Assembly (NCBI GenBank): GCA_951406725.2
Contig: OX597820.1
Coordinates: 2,542,001 to 2,606,000, forward strand
DNA from: Octopus vulgaris
Taxonomy: Eukaryota
Direction of reading: 5' to 3'
DNA length: 64,000 nucleotides
A model generated the notes under the pieces. That model was not told where the DNA came from. It saw only the letters and a list, made by a program, of their open reading frames with translations, and did not search any database. Shown piece by piece: positions 37,039 to 50,069 of this stretch (the first letter of the stretch is position 1; the number at the start of each line of letters is the position of its first letter). The translations under genes and the position numbers were made by a program.

Positions 37039-37112
37039 CAGGTCACTGGGTGGAATCGAACTCAGAATCTTGGGGTTAGTAGCCTGTGCTCTTAACCACT
37101 ACGCCATATGCC
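37039..37112 (-). mobile_element. tRNA-derived SINE head with (AAT)n tail
   Basis: gggcatatggcgtagtggttaagagc (A box) ... gagttcgattcc (B box); acceptor stem does not pair. Confidence 0.7.
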
Positions 37113-37327
37113 CCATGGGCAGTTATGGAATGGAGTGAATTTTAGGGTTTATAAATCTAATATTTTCCTATCCCTCCTTAATACCAATTCCCATATGCTA
37201 TTCTGTTGTGTCCTAGAATATGTGCTGCTTCTTTTAGTTTTCGTATTTTCCAGTGGTGTTCTCTGTCTATTATTTTAACTTCATCCCATAGGGGGAGGTG
37301 GTCTCCATTTTTTCATACCTGATAAAG

Positions 37328-37370
37328 ACACCTGATGAAAGCTGGAAAGTATATCAGCTAAAACGTGTTG
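37328..37370 (+). ncRNA. Degenerate hammerhead motif (probably inactive)
   Basis: acac-CTGATGA-a-agctg/loop/cagct-AAAA-c-gtgt. GAAA is changed to AAAA and the cleavage triplet is disrupted. Confidence 0.5.
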
Positions 37371-39430
37371 ACAACAAACAAGATGAGAAATATCCGTCAG
37401 ATGTCTATAATGTAAATAATTCCTCATCTCTTAACTATAGAACTTTGACAAAATTGTCCATCACTTATTTTTCACTTAAAGACACCAAGGCACGAGCGAT
37501 CAACTGCTGTCCTTCAGTTCAGGGTATCAATATTTCTTGATAAGAATCTTCTTCAACATACTTCAGGAGGAGAGATGTTCTTTCAGTGGTAAGGCAAAAT
37601 ACTTTTATGAAGTGGATTTGTGAAAAACAAAGTTTGAACTTTGAAAGATGTATCAAAACGATAATTCCAGTTGTTTTATAATGTAAAGAATACACTACCA
37701 GCTTGTGTTACTGAGACTGCCAAATTAAATGATTTTGTCTAGAGGTGTGGAAATTGTGATGACATTTGGTTGAAATCTGATGAAGGATTGTGTTTGTCTG
37801 TGTGTATGCACACGTATTTTGTTTTCTTGTAAATTTCTTTGTCACCTCTCCGTGTGCCACCCCACCCCGCCCGACTTTGTTTCATCATAGCTTTCAGAAA
37901 AATGGATATTTTTATAAAGAAATCTTTTACAAATACGTATCAGATGGAGCAGATTCTGATTACATTGGAATTTAATGTGAACAAACTGGTGGGTGTGCAC
38001 ACATACATAACTGACACACAGCACTTGTATATCTACAAAATGAAATTTGAAATTTTGTAAAAAAATTCACGATGTGTGTCAGTAGGTATCTGTTCATCAT
38101 TTTTTCTCATTAAATTCCAATCAGAATCTACACCAAATGAGAGTTCTTGGTTCTTTTGTTCTTTTACTTGTTTCAGTCATTTGACTGGCCATGCTGGAGT
38201 ACTGCCTTTAGTTGGACAAATCAACCTCATGACTTATTCTTTGTATGCCTAATACTTATTCTAACGGTATCTTTTGCTGTACTGCTAAGTTACGGGGACA
38301 TAAACACACCAACATCAGTTGTCAAGCGATGGTGGGGGACAAACACAGACACACATACACGACGGGCTTCTTTCAGTTTCTGTCTACCAAATCCACTCAC
38401 AAGGCTTTGGTTGGCCTGAGGTTATAGAAGACACTAGCCCAAGGTGCCACGCAGTGGGACTGAACCTGGAACCATGTGGTTGGGAAGCAGAAGATTATTT
38501 CATTAAAAAATACCAATTTTCTGAAAGTTATGAGGCAACAGTCAACTCATGTGAATTAACCAAAACTTTATTCTCCTTCTCCTGGAAAATTTTTCACAAA
38601 TTACAACATAATTGGAATCTAAACCATCTGAAAGGTATTTGCAGAAAATTTCATTAGAAAGATGTCCATTCTTCTAAAAGTCATGAGGGAATAAATCATG
38701 GTGGTGGTGGTGGGGTGTCACTTGTATAGATATGTTTCCTTTTTCATTGTCATTTATCGTAATGGATGGTCACTAATGGTAGAAATGCATATCCCCCACC
38801 ACAACTACCAGTTGTTTCCTGGTCATGCCACCACTTTTCTTTCAACCTTTCCTTCTTTTTTCGTCCACCTGTCTCTCTCCCTACCTTTCTGTCATTAACT
38901 CTCTCTACCTACGTTTCTAATGCTTCTGTTTACCTGACTTTCCAACGTTTTTCTGTCTTTATTCACCTTTGTGCTACTCTACAGAGTTGCTACAGCATAG
39001 TCAACAGGGACAATGTACTAATCGGGAAGAGTTTGTTGTCGGTCAAAGAGTGGGATGGAAAGAATTTTGGTGATAGGAACCAGCCAAATTCATCATCACC
39101 ATCAGCATGGAAGGCAGACGTTAACTGATGATGATTATCATCATCAGGCTTTCGCTAGTCTAAATGATAACTCTGTCATTTCTATACAGCCACCCCTCTC
39201 TACCACCACCACCCCCTTCCACCACATAAATTCATTCAAATCTTTTTTTTTTTTGTTAAGTAGAAATAAAACTAGTGGTTCAAAAATTCAAGAGGAGTGG
39301 CTGTGTGGTAAGTAGCTTGCTTACCAACCACACGATTATGGGTTCAGTCCCACTGTGTGGCATAGTGGGTGTCTTTTACTATAGCCTCCGGTCAACCAAA
39401 GCCTTGTGAGTGGAAACTGAAAGAAGCTCG

Positions 39431-39492
<62 letters not shown>

Positions 39493-41869
39493 GTGTTTGT
39501 GTGTCTGTGTTTGTCCCCCCCAACATCACTTGACAACCGATGCCGGTGTGTCTACGTCCCCATAACTTAGCAGTTTGGCAAAAAAGACCGATAGAACAAG
39601 TACTAGGCTTACAAAGAATAAGTCCTGGGGTCGATTTGCTTGACTAAAGGCAGTGCTCCAGCATGGCTGCAGTCAAATGACTGAAACAAGAAAAAGAATA
39701 TTTCAAATTTGTTGAGGTTGTTTCCTGCTATGTTTCCAAGTTTCCACTTTGGTTTTATTCGATTCTTTAATCCAAATATCTTTTATTCTTTTATGTAGAA
39801 TTAATAACATTTTTACAATAAGTGTCTGGATTTGTCTGTGAATAGGATTTTGGAAGGTTTTCATTGTTTATAAATCAATGTTTGGTGTGTGTGGAATGAA
39901 GTCAAACTAGCAGGACTCGAAGGTGTGATCAGTCAATAGATTAATTAATAAATTCGTTCATTCCTCAATAGATAATTGGATGCAAGCGTACAACATACAG
40001 CTAGACAGTGACTTCTGCTAGTTTCATTGATTATAGATCTTTAAAGTAGTCGAGTAATTATGTATGTGTGGAAGTGCATGCGCTTATATAATTACGAAGT
40101 TATTTTACAGTATTTAATTTATGTATGTTTGATTAATCAAACTATTGGAAAGAGGGTAATTTTGATGATCAGCAGTTGTCTAATACCATATCAAGCAGAG
40201 ACAATGTAGGAGAGAGAGAGGTGGGGGGGGGCAGTGTGGACACTTTAGTTTCATTGGTGACAGCCTGTCTAATTCCAGTGGTCTAGCAAAACAGGCCCAG
40301 CCCACACTGTTAAGGGGTTGACGTGATTCCAGTTGCAAAGCTGTTTGAAAAATAATCTGACACACGGACAGAGGTGGCTGTTTTTCTTTTCTTTGCTACT
40401 CCATTTGTCAGATGACAAAGAACAATGACAGTTGGTGAGAAACTGTGAGACTCCTCTAACCCATGCAAACATAGAAATACGGATGTAAAATGATGACGGT
40501 GATGTATCTGGTTAGTTTTGGAATATGTATAGTAATGACTACAGTTAGCCAAAACTTTGACCCGTAGCACAAAAGTTAGAACAACAGATTTATCAGGAGG
40601 AGATGCTAACAATTACGATTTAAGAGATTACCACAATAGGCTTAGATTAAGCAGAGAGGCTGAAAGAGGATATTCTTCGATTAGGTAGATAGACTTAGTT
40701 TAACTAAATAGGCTTCACTGAAATAGTCTCTGATTAGTTAGTCTTAGTTTCAGTAGAGACGCTTAGTTTAAGAGTTTGTCTTTGAAGGTGGTGGACAGAG
40801 ATTTGTATTGATGTTTTATGGCAACAGAAATATATGGATGATGCTTTTGCTGCTAGAAACAACAGCCACATCTATCGATTCATACCCTGCTGCCTTAAAG
40901 AATATTTCAGACAATGTTGTCTTTTGCTTTGTGGGTGGTGAAGTGGCCAAATTGTTGAAGCATCAGGTGAAATATCTCACAATATTTGTTTTGATTCTCT
41001 GCATTTTGAGTTCAAATCGCACAAAAGTCGGCTTTGTCTTTCATTCTTTCAGTGCTAACAAAAAAAGTACCATTCTCATGACAATCGGTTGACCCATTAC
41101 TGCGTTGGAAGAGACACTTTGAGGTAGCTGTTCCAACTTTTTGTATTCCAATGGCAATGTCTGCAACTGCATTGCTATCAGAACACTGCATCCAAATAGC
41201 CAGTGGGTTTATTAAAAAGGATAATTAATAGCAAAAGAAGCAGATTCTCATCTGTCAACAATGTAATTACTTGTGCTTTTACGCAACAGGATTACTTATG
41301 GGAGATCCTCTCGAGGTAAATAACACAGTATTTCGTGTTCTAACACAACGTCCACATTAACTTGGAGATCAAGATATCTTTTGGTATTCATACTGCTTCT
41401 GTCATTATTATTTTTTAATAAGCCCACCAGTTATTTGCCAACACCAGTGTCTGAATGGACAGCGAGGTTCTGTATATTGTTGATGGCAGATTTGGACATC
41501 TGTCACTGAGGAAACCCATAGCAGGGTGAAATCAGGTGATCTGGCAGTTCTGTTGGCCATAGAAGACAATTCTCATCTGCCAACAATATAATTGTGAGTG
41601 CTTTTGTGCACCAACAAGTTCTTTTGAGAGATCTTCAAGGTGAATATTGCAGTATTTTGTACTTTGATACAACCTCAACGTTAAGTTGGAGATAAAGATT
41701 GCCTTTTGGGGTAAATATTTCTTGTGTCAATATTAATTATATATATATAATTTAAAAAATAGGATAAAATCTTTATAAGAATTTATCAAGTAGTTAGCGT
41801 GAAAAACCTCATAAGAGAAAAAAAAAACATCAATTTTTTCTTTTAAATGTATTCATATTTATTTTATAG

Positions 41870-42016
41870 AGGGCATTCTTACACATAAATACCTCACGCT
41901 AGGAGGGACTTTCAAAGTCAAAATTACTAAAATAAGCATATCGGTACGATATGTTTATTTTAGTAGTTTTGACTTTGAAAGTCCCTCCTAGCATGAGGTA
42001 TTTATGTGTAATAATG

Positions 42017-42020
<4 letters not shown>
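41870..42020. repeat. Fold-back inverted repeat, arms of about 74 bp, 3-nt spacer
   Basis: agggcatt...aagcatatcg GTA cgatatgttt...aatgccct. Confidence 0.9.
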
Positions 42021-42068
<48 letters not shown>

Positions 42069-44019
42069 TCATCATCATCATTTAAAATCTGTTTTCTAAG
42101 CTGGCATGGGTTGGACTGTTTGATGGGATTCAGCATGCAAGGCTGTATGGAGTTCCAAAGTCTGCTTTGGCATGGTTTTTATAGCTGGATGCCTTTCCAA
42201 ATGCCAACCCCTTCACAGTGTATACTGAGTGCTTATTTCATGTGACCAGCACTAGTGAGGTTGCAGTGTAACTCACAAGAAAGAAAAAGAACGGAGAAAG
42301 AGTAAGGCTCCCACCACTGAGAGGGAAGTAGTTGAGAAGGGATGTGGTTTTATACCAGGTATTGAAAAGCTGAAGGTATGAGAGAGGGTCAAAGCATATG
42401 TGTTTTGTTGTAGAAGAGATACATGGCCACTCCACATGATATATAGGGGTTGGAGTGGTTGAGAAGGTGCAAGGTGAGCATAAGAAAGGATACAAACACT
42501 GGGTCACAAGAGAGGAAAAGAGAAGGGTTCCTTTCATAAGAATGCAAAAAGGGAATAACAGGTGGTCAGGGGTGGGAGTAGAGGTGATGAATAAGGGTGG
42601 AGGGGTGATTGAAGAGAAATACCAGCATGGAGGGGGGACAAGGTGGGAGTGGCTGAGGAAGGAGGAGAGATCAGAAGGTAGAAGAATTTTGTGCAAGGCA
42701 TAGGAGCAGTGGAGATGCATAAGGGGCATGATGATAGATATAAGGGGACATTGGAAATGAGAACAGATAAGAGAGGTGTAAAGGATAGCAGAAGGGAGAG
42801 AGCAGTGACTGAAGGCACCCAGAGGAAGTGATTGGTAGAAATAGAGAAACAGCATGGGCTGAGATGATAAGAAATGGGATCAGTTTCAGCAGGGATGGGA
42901 TGGAGGGGGGGTGGCCAGAAAGGAGGGGATGTAATATGTGCTGCTTCTGCTCTTGGGTGATTACAGTAGCTAAGTAGTACCATAGATAGGTGTTAAGGGA
43001 TGATAATCAAGGGAGATGCTTGATGCATCCGAGAGAGAATAAAAGTAGGGCTCCCACACGTACAAGCATAACCGAATGGTTTTGGGATATCATTTTTGCT
43101 GCAATGGATGGGTCTTCTTGAGCAGAGCAAAATGCCAATCACCTCAGTGCATTGCCATCAGCCTTCAATACTTCATCTCATCTCAGGTTTCCCTCTTCCA
43201 CAAGTTTCCTTCACCTTAAGCATCTGGCACTTGTCCTCATCCGAATGCATCACACAACCATACCAGCATACTCTTCTTCTCTCTCTCTTGCTCGTTACAT
43301 CTGATTCCTCTTCTGCCTAACTCTCCCTCTCAATATCTTAGCACTTTACTGCATATGCACACTGCCATTGCACACCCAGCACAGCATACTCACTTCATTC
43401 TTCTTTAGTCTTTGCATTCAAGATTCACGTCTCACCACTATGTAGCATTGCTCTTCATACACAAAGCATCCTAGGATCTGCTTTTCACTTGGACAGAAAG
43501 ACATTTTGTTGCCATCATTTTCTTAGACTTTCAAAAAATCCTCCTCCACACCTTAATTGGGTTGTCCAGCCAACAGAAACTATCTGCTACTTCTAGGGAG
43601 CCTCCAGGGCATTTGAGAAAATCAATTTCCTACGTCTCTTTGGTCTTTATGGCACATGTGCCTCTTCCACATACAAACACCACTTTCTCTGTTAACCTTC
43701 TTGTGATTCCACTGCCCCTCTTGTATATTTATACACCATATGGAATTCCTGACTCTACCTTCTCTACATATTGTGCAGGGGTAGAGCCCTGTCTGTTTTT
43801 CTACTTAGTGGAACTTTGCTAAATTAACTTTAAGGTCTTTCTTTTAGATAACCCCACTAGGCACCCCAACAATAGACTCCCTGTCCTTGATACAGAACTT
43901 TGGTTAGAGACTATGAACAACAGAGTGCAGCTCCTCCACTCCTATTACATGAAACCCATAGCTTCAAAATATGTTGTTCACAAGAACTCAGCTTTGTCAC
44001 ACAACATGAAAATCAACAT

Positions 44020-44790
44020 TCTGATAGCAGACTTAGGATAATGAACAACCTGTCCCCACTATGCGAACCCTATGAAACAAAGAAACATGTACAGAACTAC
44101 ATGCACCGTATGCAGCTCTCTGGATATTAGAAAGATAAGGTTCAGGTATACAGGTGTGCTAGAAAGAAGTTAGATAACATATGTGATGAAACCAGTGGTA
44201 CCCACCCTAGATATAGAAGTAAAGACTGGAATAGAATACAAAGAATTTATGACAAAGCAAACAGAGTGGACACTTGGTACAAGACTGACAAATATGAAAG
44301 AGTGATGTTTGTAGAGGCCTCAGCCTATGGAGAACTAGCCTGTAGATTTAGGAAAGCACTGAAGGAGGCCAAACTCAACATTGAGATCTTTGAAAAGCCA
44401 GGGAGCTCCATCAGATCACAACTATGTAGGATGCACCCCTTTTGAGAATACCATATGCACCAATGATAACTGCATGGTATGTAGGATTAACCCTGGCATT
44501 AACTGTAGAACTAGAAATGTAGTCTACAGCATAAGGTGTGCAGAAGGTACTTGTGAAAACAAGAAGACGATATACATAAGATATCTAGGAGCATTGTAGA
44601 AAGACTAAATGAACATGTGAGACTATATGACGACAAAAAACAGTCCTCCATACTCTACCAACATGGAGGCAACCTGGGTCCACTTGACATCTGCATTTTA
44701 TCCAAGCACCCGAAGGACCCAACAATCAGACAAATACAGGGGTACGTCCTTATAAATGGAACATCCCCAGTGCTAAATAGGAAATGTAGT
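44020..44790 (+). mobile_element. Penelope-like element (Neptune-type) ORF relic: RT thumb, Cys linker and GIY-YIG endonuclease
   Basis: RMQLSGY..HPRYRSKDWNR..VMFVEASAYGELA..FEKPGSSIRSQL; CTNDNCMVC..NCRTRNVVYSIRC..IYI..SIVERLNEH..SILYQH..RQIQ..LNRK. Confidence 0.8.
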
Positions 44791-44896
44791 AGTAGGTAGT
44801 CATACTCGTATATCCACAGTTTATATATATATATATATATATTTAGTGTAGGAAGAAATGGAGCTGAACGAAGATTTAACAAAATTCCTTTTTATT

Positions 44897-44982
44897 ATTT
44901 TCTACATATGTTTCAAAGGCTGCAAAGTCCCTAATTCGGATTGAATAAGGAGACCATTTTGCAGCCTTCTCTTCAGGAAAAT
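44897..44982 (-). ncRNA. Type-I hammerhead ribozyme, apparently intact core
   Basis: attttc-CTGAAGA-gaaggctgcaaa...tttgcagccttt-GAAA-catat-GTA-gaaaat. 6-bp stem I, 12-bp or longer stem II, palindromic ACATATGT stem III. Confidence 0.85.
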
Positions 44983-45519
44983 CCAGGAACTTAATTCTCC
45001 AACAAAATGCGCATCAAACTTTTCGACAAACGCTCGCGAGGAGCCCATGGGATAAATGGCACAGAACTGTCTCTCAATATGCGTTGACGCTAGGCTGGGT
45101 GAAAGCAGACGAAAAAGTCCGTTGAGATAAATCAAGGTCAAAATCTGGCTAACAGGGGGGGTTGCAGGAAAATCAAAGAGTGTGAATGTATTCTGTATGA
45201 CTGGTGTCAATATTCGAATTGTTTTAAGAATGAGTGCTATAGTGCTTGGATGTGAGAAATTGCGTTCATGTATGTGTGTGTGCGTCTATGTATGTGTGGC
45301 AGTGTGTTTAGAAGGCTGCTAGGAAGAGAGATATAGCAGCTATTAATGGTCAAGCAGCTGAAAAAAACTGTGTCTGTGTGTTCGTCTGTAACCAGTTGGG
45401 TTTGAGACCTCATGGTCGTAACCTCAACCGTGATTTTTCTGTTGTGATTTTTGCTACCCAGGTATCGGTTATCTTTTGAATAATCTGTAACAAGATAATT
45501 CATTTATCCATTTCAATAA

Positions 45520-45550
<31 letters not shown>

Positions 45551-46009
45551 TACAGGTAGAATTGTTAGTGGGCTATGTAGATGTGTGTGTGTGTGTGCGC
45601 GTGTGTATATGTGTATATATGTAGGTAAATGGATATGAATGTAAACAGATAGACATACATATAGATAGGTACATAGGTAATATGAACAGACATGCACACA
45701 TACATACGCAAATGAAGACTGAAACATGACCATATACACACTTCACACGACGACACGTGGAGACACACATCCATACATAAAAGACGCAGTACATAGTCAC
45801 ACAAACCCATACAGACACACTCAGACACAAACATGAATATGCAGAATACATATATACAAATGTACACGCATATATGTGCATCTACACACACATGCATACA
45901 TCATCATCGTTTAGCGTCCGCTTTCCATGCTGGCATGGGTTGGATGGTGCAACTGGGGTCTGGGAAGCCAGAAGGCTGCACCAGGCTCCTGTCTGATCTG
46001 GCAATGTTT

Positions 46010-46230
46010 CTACGGCTGTTTCTACACTGTCTTGCAACGCGAAATACCTCAAGTCTTTGGTCCTCACGGCAAAGAACATTGGAAAATTTTTTCTTATCTG
46101 CTTCCGCTCTGGTTAAATAAACCTGTCTCCTAGCTTCTCTTTTGGCAGTCTGATACAATTCCCTGCTACCCCCATTTTTCCAGTCCTTCCAAGCCTGTCT
46201 CTTTTCTCTAATAGCCCTGTCTACAACATC
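46010..46230 (-). mobile_element. RTE-like LINE internal fragment
   Basis: VVDRAIREKRQAWKDWKNGGSRELYQTAKREARRQVYL. Confidence 0.65.
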
Positions 46231-47001
46231 TCAGTTTTTGCCTAATCCACTCTCAAGGTCACATACACACAATAAGTCAAAATATAAATGTAGAATAAGT
46301 TTCAGAAAGGAACTCTTTCTTCTTGTCATTGAAAAGATATTTAGATGCCATACAAGTCTGAGATCTTAGAACTCTAAACTCAACTTCATTTTCCCCCCCC
46401 AATCTTGTGTTCTTCAATTAACAAACACCAACTCAACATAAATGTTGAATTTACTCACAATTTATTTTTTGTGATGCATAAACTCTGTTCTTTATTTCTG
46501 ATTAAATTCCATAAAATGTAACCTAAATTATGCTTGGCTTTTGTTTATTTCTCTTTTATTTATTTCAAACATTCAAAGCTTTGAAAATATTAGAATTGCA
46601 CAAAGGGAAATTCATCTTCCTAATATTAGTTTCATTTCTATCCTTTACTTATTTCAGTCATTGGACTGCGGCCATGCTGGGGCACTGCCTTCGGTTTGTG
46701 GAGCAGTTCTGACTAATGTGACTTATCGTTTATATTTTTCAAACTAATTTTTTTAATTTCTCATTCTTTGTATCTCATAAGTTGCATTAAAAAGCAAACA
46801 AAGTTTTAAACTGAAAAGAAAATTAATGAAACCAAAAAAAAAAAATCAAATACAATAAATACAGGACAAAATATTAGTAAGAGACAACTAATTAAAACAT
46901 TGTTTAATTGGTTCTGAAATAATAAAAAAACAAAAAATGTCCTCAAGAGATCAGTTGCAATGTGTACGAAAATTCCATATACGTATACATAATATATATA
47001 A

Positions 47002-47046
<45 letters not shown>

Positions 47047-47322
47047 GCATATATAAATGTATGCACGTGTGTGTATAGGAATTGCTCCAGTTTGGTAACT
47101 ACTGAACTAGAATGTTCCCTAGTTTCATCCAAGGAGTTCAGTGCTCGCTTGGCACTTGCAGTTAAGGTTTTGAAATAATTTAGTTGTCACTAAATGAAAA
47201 ATGATTGAGAGCCTTCGTCGTCGTGTGTCGTGATTGTTGGTGGCAGAATATAAATAAGGTGGCAGGGTGGGGGTGGGGTGGGGGGTACAGAGGTGAAAGG
47301 TAAGCCAGCCATCTTGGGGTCT

Positions 47323-47334
47323 TCATACATGAGG
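47323..47334 (-). CDS. TTC17: Probable terminal coding exon of TTC17 (PHV*) followed by an AT-rich 3'UTR
   Basis: Strong cttttcttttcttttcag acceptor; phase 0 matches the donor at 49283; stop after 3 codons. AATAAA hexamers lie downstream at about 46460-46560. Confidence 0.45.
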   Translation of the reverse strand, partial: PHV

Positions 47335-47885
47335 CTGAAAAGAAAAGAAAAGCTGTTTAGATTTTTAATGGATTCAGAAAGAGAAATGCATTTATGTAAT
47401 TGAGGGAGGCAGGCTTCTATGTAGAGAGGCTTGACTTGTGAGAGAAATAGCAGCTAAATCCTCTGCAAATAATTTTTTCTTTTGCTCCTTTCACTTATTG
47501 GAATGTGGCCATACTACAGCACTGCCTTGAAAGATTTTAGTCAAACAGATTGTTTACCCACTCAGTACTTATATTTCTGTTTTGGAGTCTGATACTTATT
47601 CTATTGGCCTCATTTTGCTGGACTGCTAAGTCATGGAAATGTAAGCAAACTAACATTTGGGGTCAAGTGGTGGAGGTGGACAAATACAGGCACAAAAACA
47701 CTCACACAGACACAAAGGCTTCCATACAGTTCCTGTCTACCAAATCCACTCGTTAGGCATTGGTCAATCTGGGGCTGTAGTAGAGGACCTTTGGTCAACA
47801 TGCCACACAGTGGGGCTGAACCCAAAACCATGTTGTTGCAAAGTGATCTTCTTAACCAAACAGCCATGCCTATATATATATACAT

Positions 47886-47926
<41 letters not shown>

Positions 47927-48210
47927 GTCATCATCAACAACATTTAACGTCCGTTGTCCGTGCTGGCATGGGTTGAATTGGTTTGACCAGGGCTGGCAAG
48001 CTGGAAGGCTGCACCAGACCCCTACCTGATTTGGCATGGTTTCTATGGCTGGATACTCTTCCTAATGTTAACCACTCTGAGAATGTAATGGGTGCTGGTT
48101 TTATGTGCCACCGGCATGGGTGCCATTTGCGTGACACCAGTATCTGCCACAACTGCTGTGTTACTTGATGGGTCTTCTTCTCAAGCATGACTTTCACGGG
48201 TCTTATATAC

Positions 48211-48415
48211 GAGCTGGCAGAATCATTAGCATGCCGGGCAAAATGTTTAGTAGTATTTCATCTGCGACTATGTTCTGAGTTCAAATTCCACCAAGGTGGA
48301 CTTTGCCTTTCATTCTTTTGGGGTCGAAAAATTAAGTACCAGTTGTGTACTGGAGGACGGTCTAATCGAATGCCCCCCCCAAAAAAAAATTTCAGGCCTT
48401 GTGCCTATAGTAGAA
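48211..48415 (+). mobile_element. CORE-like SINE (other copies at about 5000-5180, 21205-21420 and 54480-54605, all minus)
   Basis: gagctggcagaatcattagc..gagttcaaattcc..gactttgcctttcat..aagtaccag. Confidence 0.65.
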
Positions 48416-49282
48416 AGAATGTGTGTGTGTGTGTGTATAAAACTACAATTTTTAAAAAAGAGGATATACAGGACAATGTAGTTCTTATGTCTGAAGAAAG
48501 AAATAAAAGACAGAACAGCCTTTGATTGGGACAGCTTCAGTCACAGGTCTGTATGGTCAGCACTGACTTCATTTGATGAGTGTGTGTTCAAGTGGTGATG
48601 TTTGTTTCTAGCACATAAATATGTCCAGGCTGTCTATTGTTCAAATGAAAAGGGGAGATTATTATTGCCTTCATTCAATACCCATCAACAGGCACCCTCA
48701 TCATTTTTATCCTGTATATCAAGGTAGCTCAAAGTCACCAGGGCAGATGAAGGCCTTCAGCACTTTAGCTGCTCACCTAAGAGAACATAACCCCATACGA
48801 ATCCTCAATCCTGATAACTACTGGGGACATAGCACATGTTGCACCAGACCAACACATGTTTGAAGGATGGGAGTGTGACTGGTTTTGCACAAACCATGCC
48901 AAGAAATCCCTGGTGCCTTTTGGAATGATTTATTAAGTGTTTAAAAAAGGGTAAGAGAGTAAACCTTACAGAAAATCTGGAGGGAGGGACCCTACAGCAA
49001 AAATGTACCAATAGCTGGCATCCCCTGCAGGTCCATGGATGCTTCCTTTGTGGCACATCCATGAGTGGGGAAGTGGTAAGTGCACATGCTTCTAGAAACA
49101 GCCCAGGCACAGCAGAGGTGCTTAACTTACCATCTCTGCAACACACTCAACAACAAAAAAGAGGCCAACTACTTCAGGTGATGAACTTTTGTTCAGCCTA
49201 TCACTCTAATATTACAAATCCCTCCAACAATCACAGCAGGCTGGTATTCTTTCCACTTCAATGATTTTATAGTCTTCCTTAC

Positions 49283-49371
49283 CTGAACATTAATTTGATG
49301 ACATTTTTCCTCTTTACAAGAGTCTTTATTCCCTGGGCAATCAGCATCATGGTCACAGATACCATTGTTAA
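49283..49371 (-). CDS. TTC17: TTC17 exon (FNNGICDHDADCPGNKDSCKEEKCHQINVQ)
   Basis: ttttgcag acceptor, CAG|gtaagg donor, 89 nt, phase 1 to 0. Confidence 0.7.
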
Positions 49372-50069
49372 CTGCAAAAGAGATAAAGTAGAGTTTAAGG
49401 AATTGTCTAGACAGATGCATTACCCAAACCCTTTACTCTAAATACCTTCGTCTCCATTTGTCCAACTTGCTGATTGTTTAACGTTGCAGTCAACATGTCT
49501 GTCTGAACGGCTGCATGTGTGTCCATTGTTTCGCCTGACTGGATTTGGTTTCAGTATTTATTTATCTGTTGAATTGTGTGCAAATACGTTTAGTTGCATT
49601 CTACAGATATGTTGTATATATACCTGTCTGCTTAGTTAGATGTATAACAATGTTGAGTTGCTTCTGTCTAGTCCTGTGTGTTTAGTCAGATGTCCAGTTG
49701 CATCTGTATATGTTCAACCACATGTGCACTTACCAGTTTAATTGTATGCACATCGGTTTAGTTGCATGTATACCTATCTGTTCAATTTCATGTTTAGTTA
49801 GATGCGCACCTATCTGTTATCTGTTGGTCACAAGTGTATTTAGCTGTGTATCCATGTGTTAGTCTTATATGCACCTATCTCATCTTATTGTGTGATCACG
49901 TGTATGGCTGCCCTTCTTTTAAACTCATTTCTTCCTCATGTCTTTATATGACAGAGTCCAGCTATTGTTTAGATGTCTTTCAGGCTTTCAACATTTGTAT
50001 TTGAGAATGTGTGTGAAAGACAGAGAGATAGAGAGAAATAAGGAGAGTTGTCCTGGAAGAGACCCTTAC

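Noticed and set aside
37039-37112. tRNA gene
   Set aside because: A and B boxes are present, but there is no paired acceptor stem and it ends in (AAT)n. It is a SINE head.
42238-42983. 205-aa and 149-aa hydrophobic ORFs
   Set aside because: Purine-skewed low-complexity sequence attached to a SINE/LINE tail, with no motifs or splice pattern.
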